64,000 bases of DNA from Cyanobacteriota bacterium (lineage in GTDB: Bacteria; Cyanobacteriota; Cyanobacteriia; Cyanobacteriales; Nostocaceae): the NCBI GenBank assembly GCA_046045965.1, contig JBJOKS010000017.1, positions 58,134 through 122,133 of the forward strand. The letters run 5' to 3'. A program made the translations under genes and the position numbers. The notes beneath the pieces are model-generated. The model worked only from the letters and a program-made list of their open reading frames with translations. It was not told the DNA's origin and did no database searches. Numbering within the stretch: the stretch's first letter is position 1; each line of letters opens with the position of its first letter. Of this stretch, positions 62,891 through 64,000 are shown in pieces.

Positions 62891-62913
62891 TCATATCAGA
62901 AATTATAATAAAT

Positions 62914-63008
62914 GCGATCGCTCTGGGTTCTCTGCGTCTGGAGCGTGAGATAAAAAAGATGTTGGGGTTTTGAAGGAGTGCGTTAACTTAGTTTACCAAA
63001 GATATCGC
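62914..63008. repeat. Inter-cassette repeat 6 (array boundary)
   Basis: GCGATCGC...GTTGGGGTTTTGAAGGAGT-GCG[degenerate insert]ATCGC. Confidence 0.75.
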
Positions 63009-63102
63009 TCAAAAACTTAAATTTTTGCTCAGAAAAGCGATTAACTACAAAACATTTCCCAGTTAATCGCTTGACAATGAAAGGTAAATTATCATCAAAT
63101 AC

Positions 63103-63315
63103 CTATCTTTTTTGTTCTATTTTCCGCAGTTCTTTCTCTGTCCGTTCATAAGGTTTTGTCTTAGGTTCCCAACTAGGAAACAAACCAATAAAAAAGTTAT
63201 TAACCGCTGTTCGTGTCTGTGTACTAGCTTTACCCACTTCACCTGGAAATACCTTATCTCCTCCTGCCACAAACAGCACAAACCCAATGAGTATAATAGG
63301 CATATACCGTTTCAT
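63103..63315 (-). CDS. Small membrane-anchored hypothetical protein
   Basis: RBS GAGGGG, N-terminal hydrophobic segment and KPYERTE motif. Confidence 0.65.
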   Translation of the reverse strand: MKRYMPIILIGFVLFVAGGDKVFPGEVGKASTQTRTAVNNFFIGLFPSWEPKTKPYERTEKELRKIEQKR

Positions 63316-63641
63316 ATTTAAAATCCCCTCGTAGAATACCCTCTTCTATGGCAATTAACCTGAATAATGCCTAGTATGCCCAAAGGGTTGATAAAAATAA
63401 CATCTTCGTAAAAATTCAGGAGTCAGTAGGGTTTTAACACTGCTAAACCTTTATAAGAGTCAAAAGTCAAGATTCAGAATATTTATCAAATCAACAATAT
63501 AGATGAGCGCGTATTGATAACAGTTATTAAAGGCATTTTAACAATAAAAATTCCCCTCTTTAGCGACACAATGAATACTCAACAGGCAACAAAAGCGGGG
63601 AGGTTAGGAAATAGTATTTTGTTTGTATTTTGTAGCTAAAA

Positions 63642-63947
63642 CTACTTAACAGAAACAGCATCAACATCAACAGTATTATCTTCTGTAGATACAGACTCAT
63701 TGACGCTAGGTTCCACATCACCTTTACGTGCTTTCCAACCGTCAATTACTAATCCAGAAACTTCTGAAACCAGCAAAGTTAACAAAACAAGGTCATCCAT
63801 TTGACCAACAACAGGGATAAAATCGGGAGCAATATCAATAGGGCTAACAAGATAAGCTATTGTACCAATAATTACCCACCAACGATATTTAGGATTACGC
63901 AGTACATTGCGATACCAAGTGTAAAGCGATTGAATTGAGAAGCTCAT
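63642..63947 (-). CDS. YkvA/DUF1232 protein
   Basis: YLVSPIDIAPDFIPVVGQMDD; GGAGG RBS before ATG 63947. Confidence 0.88.
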   Translation of the reverse strand: MSFSIQSLYTWYRNVLRNPKYRWWVIIGTIAYLVSPIDIAPDFIPVVGQMDDLVLLTLLVSEVSGLVIDGWKARKGDVEPSVNESVSTEDNTVDVDAVSVK

Positions 63948-64000
63948 ATTGTTAACCTCCAGTACCTGCAATTAACTTTTATTTTGGCAAATAATCTTCT

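Overview
AT-rich chromosomal window from a filamentous cyanobacterium, probably Nostocales. This is inferred from abundant HIP1 GCGATCGC octamers, STRR heptamer arrays and the gene content. The backbone is housekeeping and signalling: partial queG, an HCP plus CTDH carotenoid-protein pair, an RTX/Calx-beta surface protein, a partner-switching kinase/phosphatase pair, an ethylene-receptor-like hybrid kinase, ftsE, sdhA, glcD, crtP-crtB, a natB-like binding protein, sbcC, ycf46, rpmH-rnpA-yidC-jag-yceD, a split pntA with pntB, tRNA-Lys(CTT) and tRNA-Ser(GCT). Three accessory patches stand out. (1) A WD40-repeat/KAP NTPase fusion next to tRNA-Lys, followed by an orphan double-glycine-leader peptide. 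(2) A BstEII-like restriction-modification pair between ycf46 and yceD. (3) A ~6 kb co-oriented array of toxin-antitoxin and nuclease cassettes (56.9-63.0 kb). In this array each toxin stop codon sits next to a conserved HIP1-bounded purine-rich repeat, an integron-like layout with no integrase in the window. Many tiny mobile repeats are also visible, including 21-nt inserts in HIP1 (some nested) and MITE-like elements, one with a filled/empty site pair. All product calls come from motif recognition by eye; no database searches were run.
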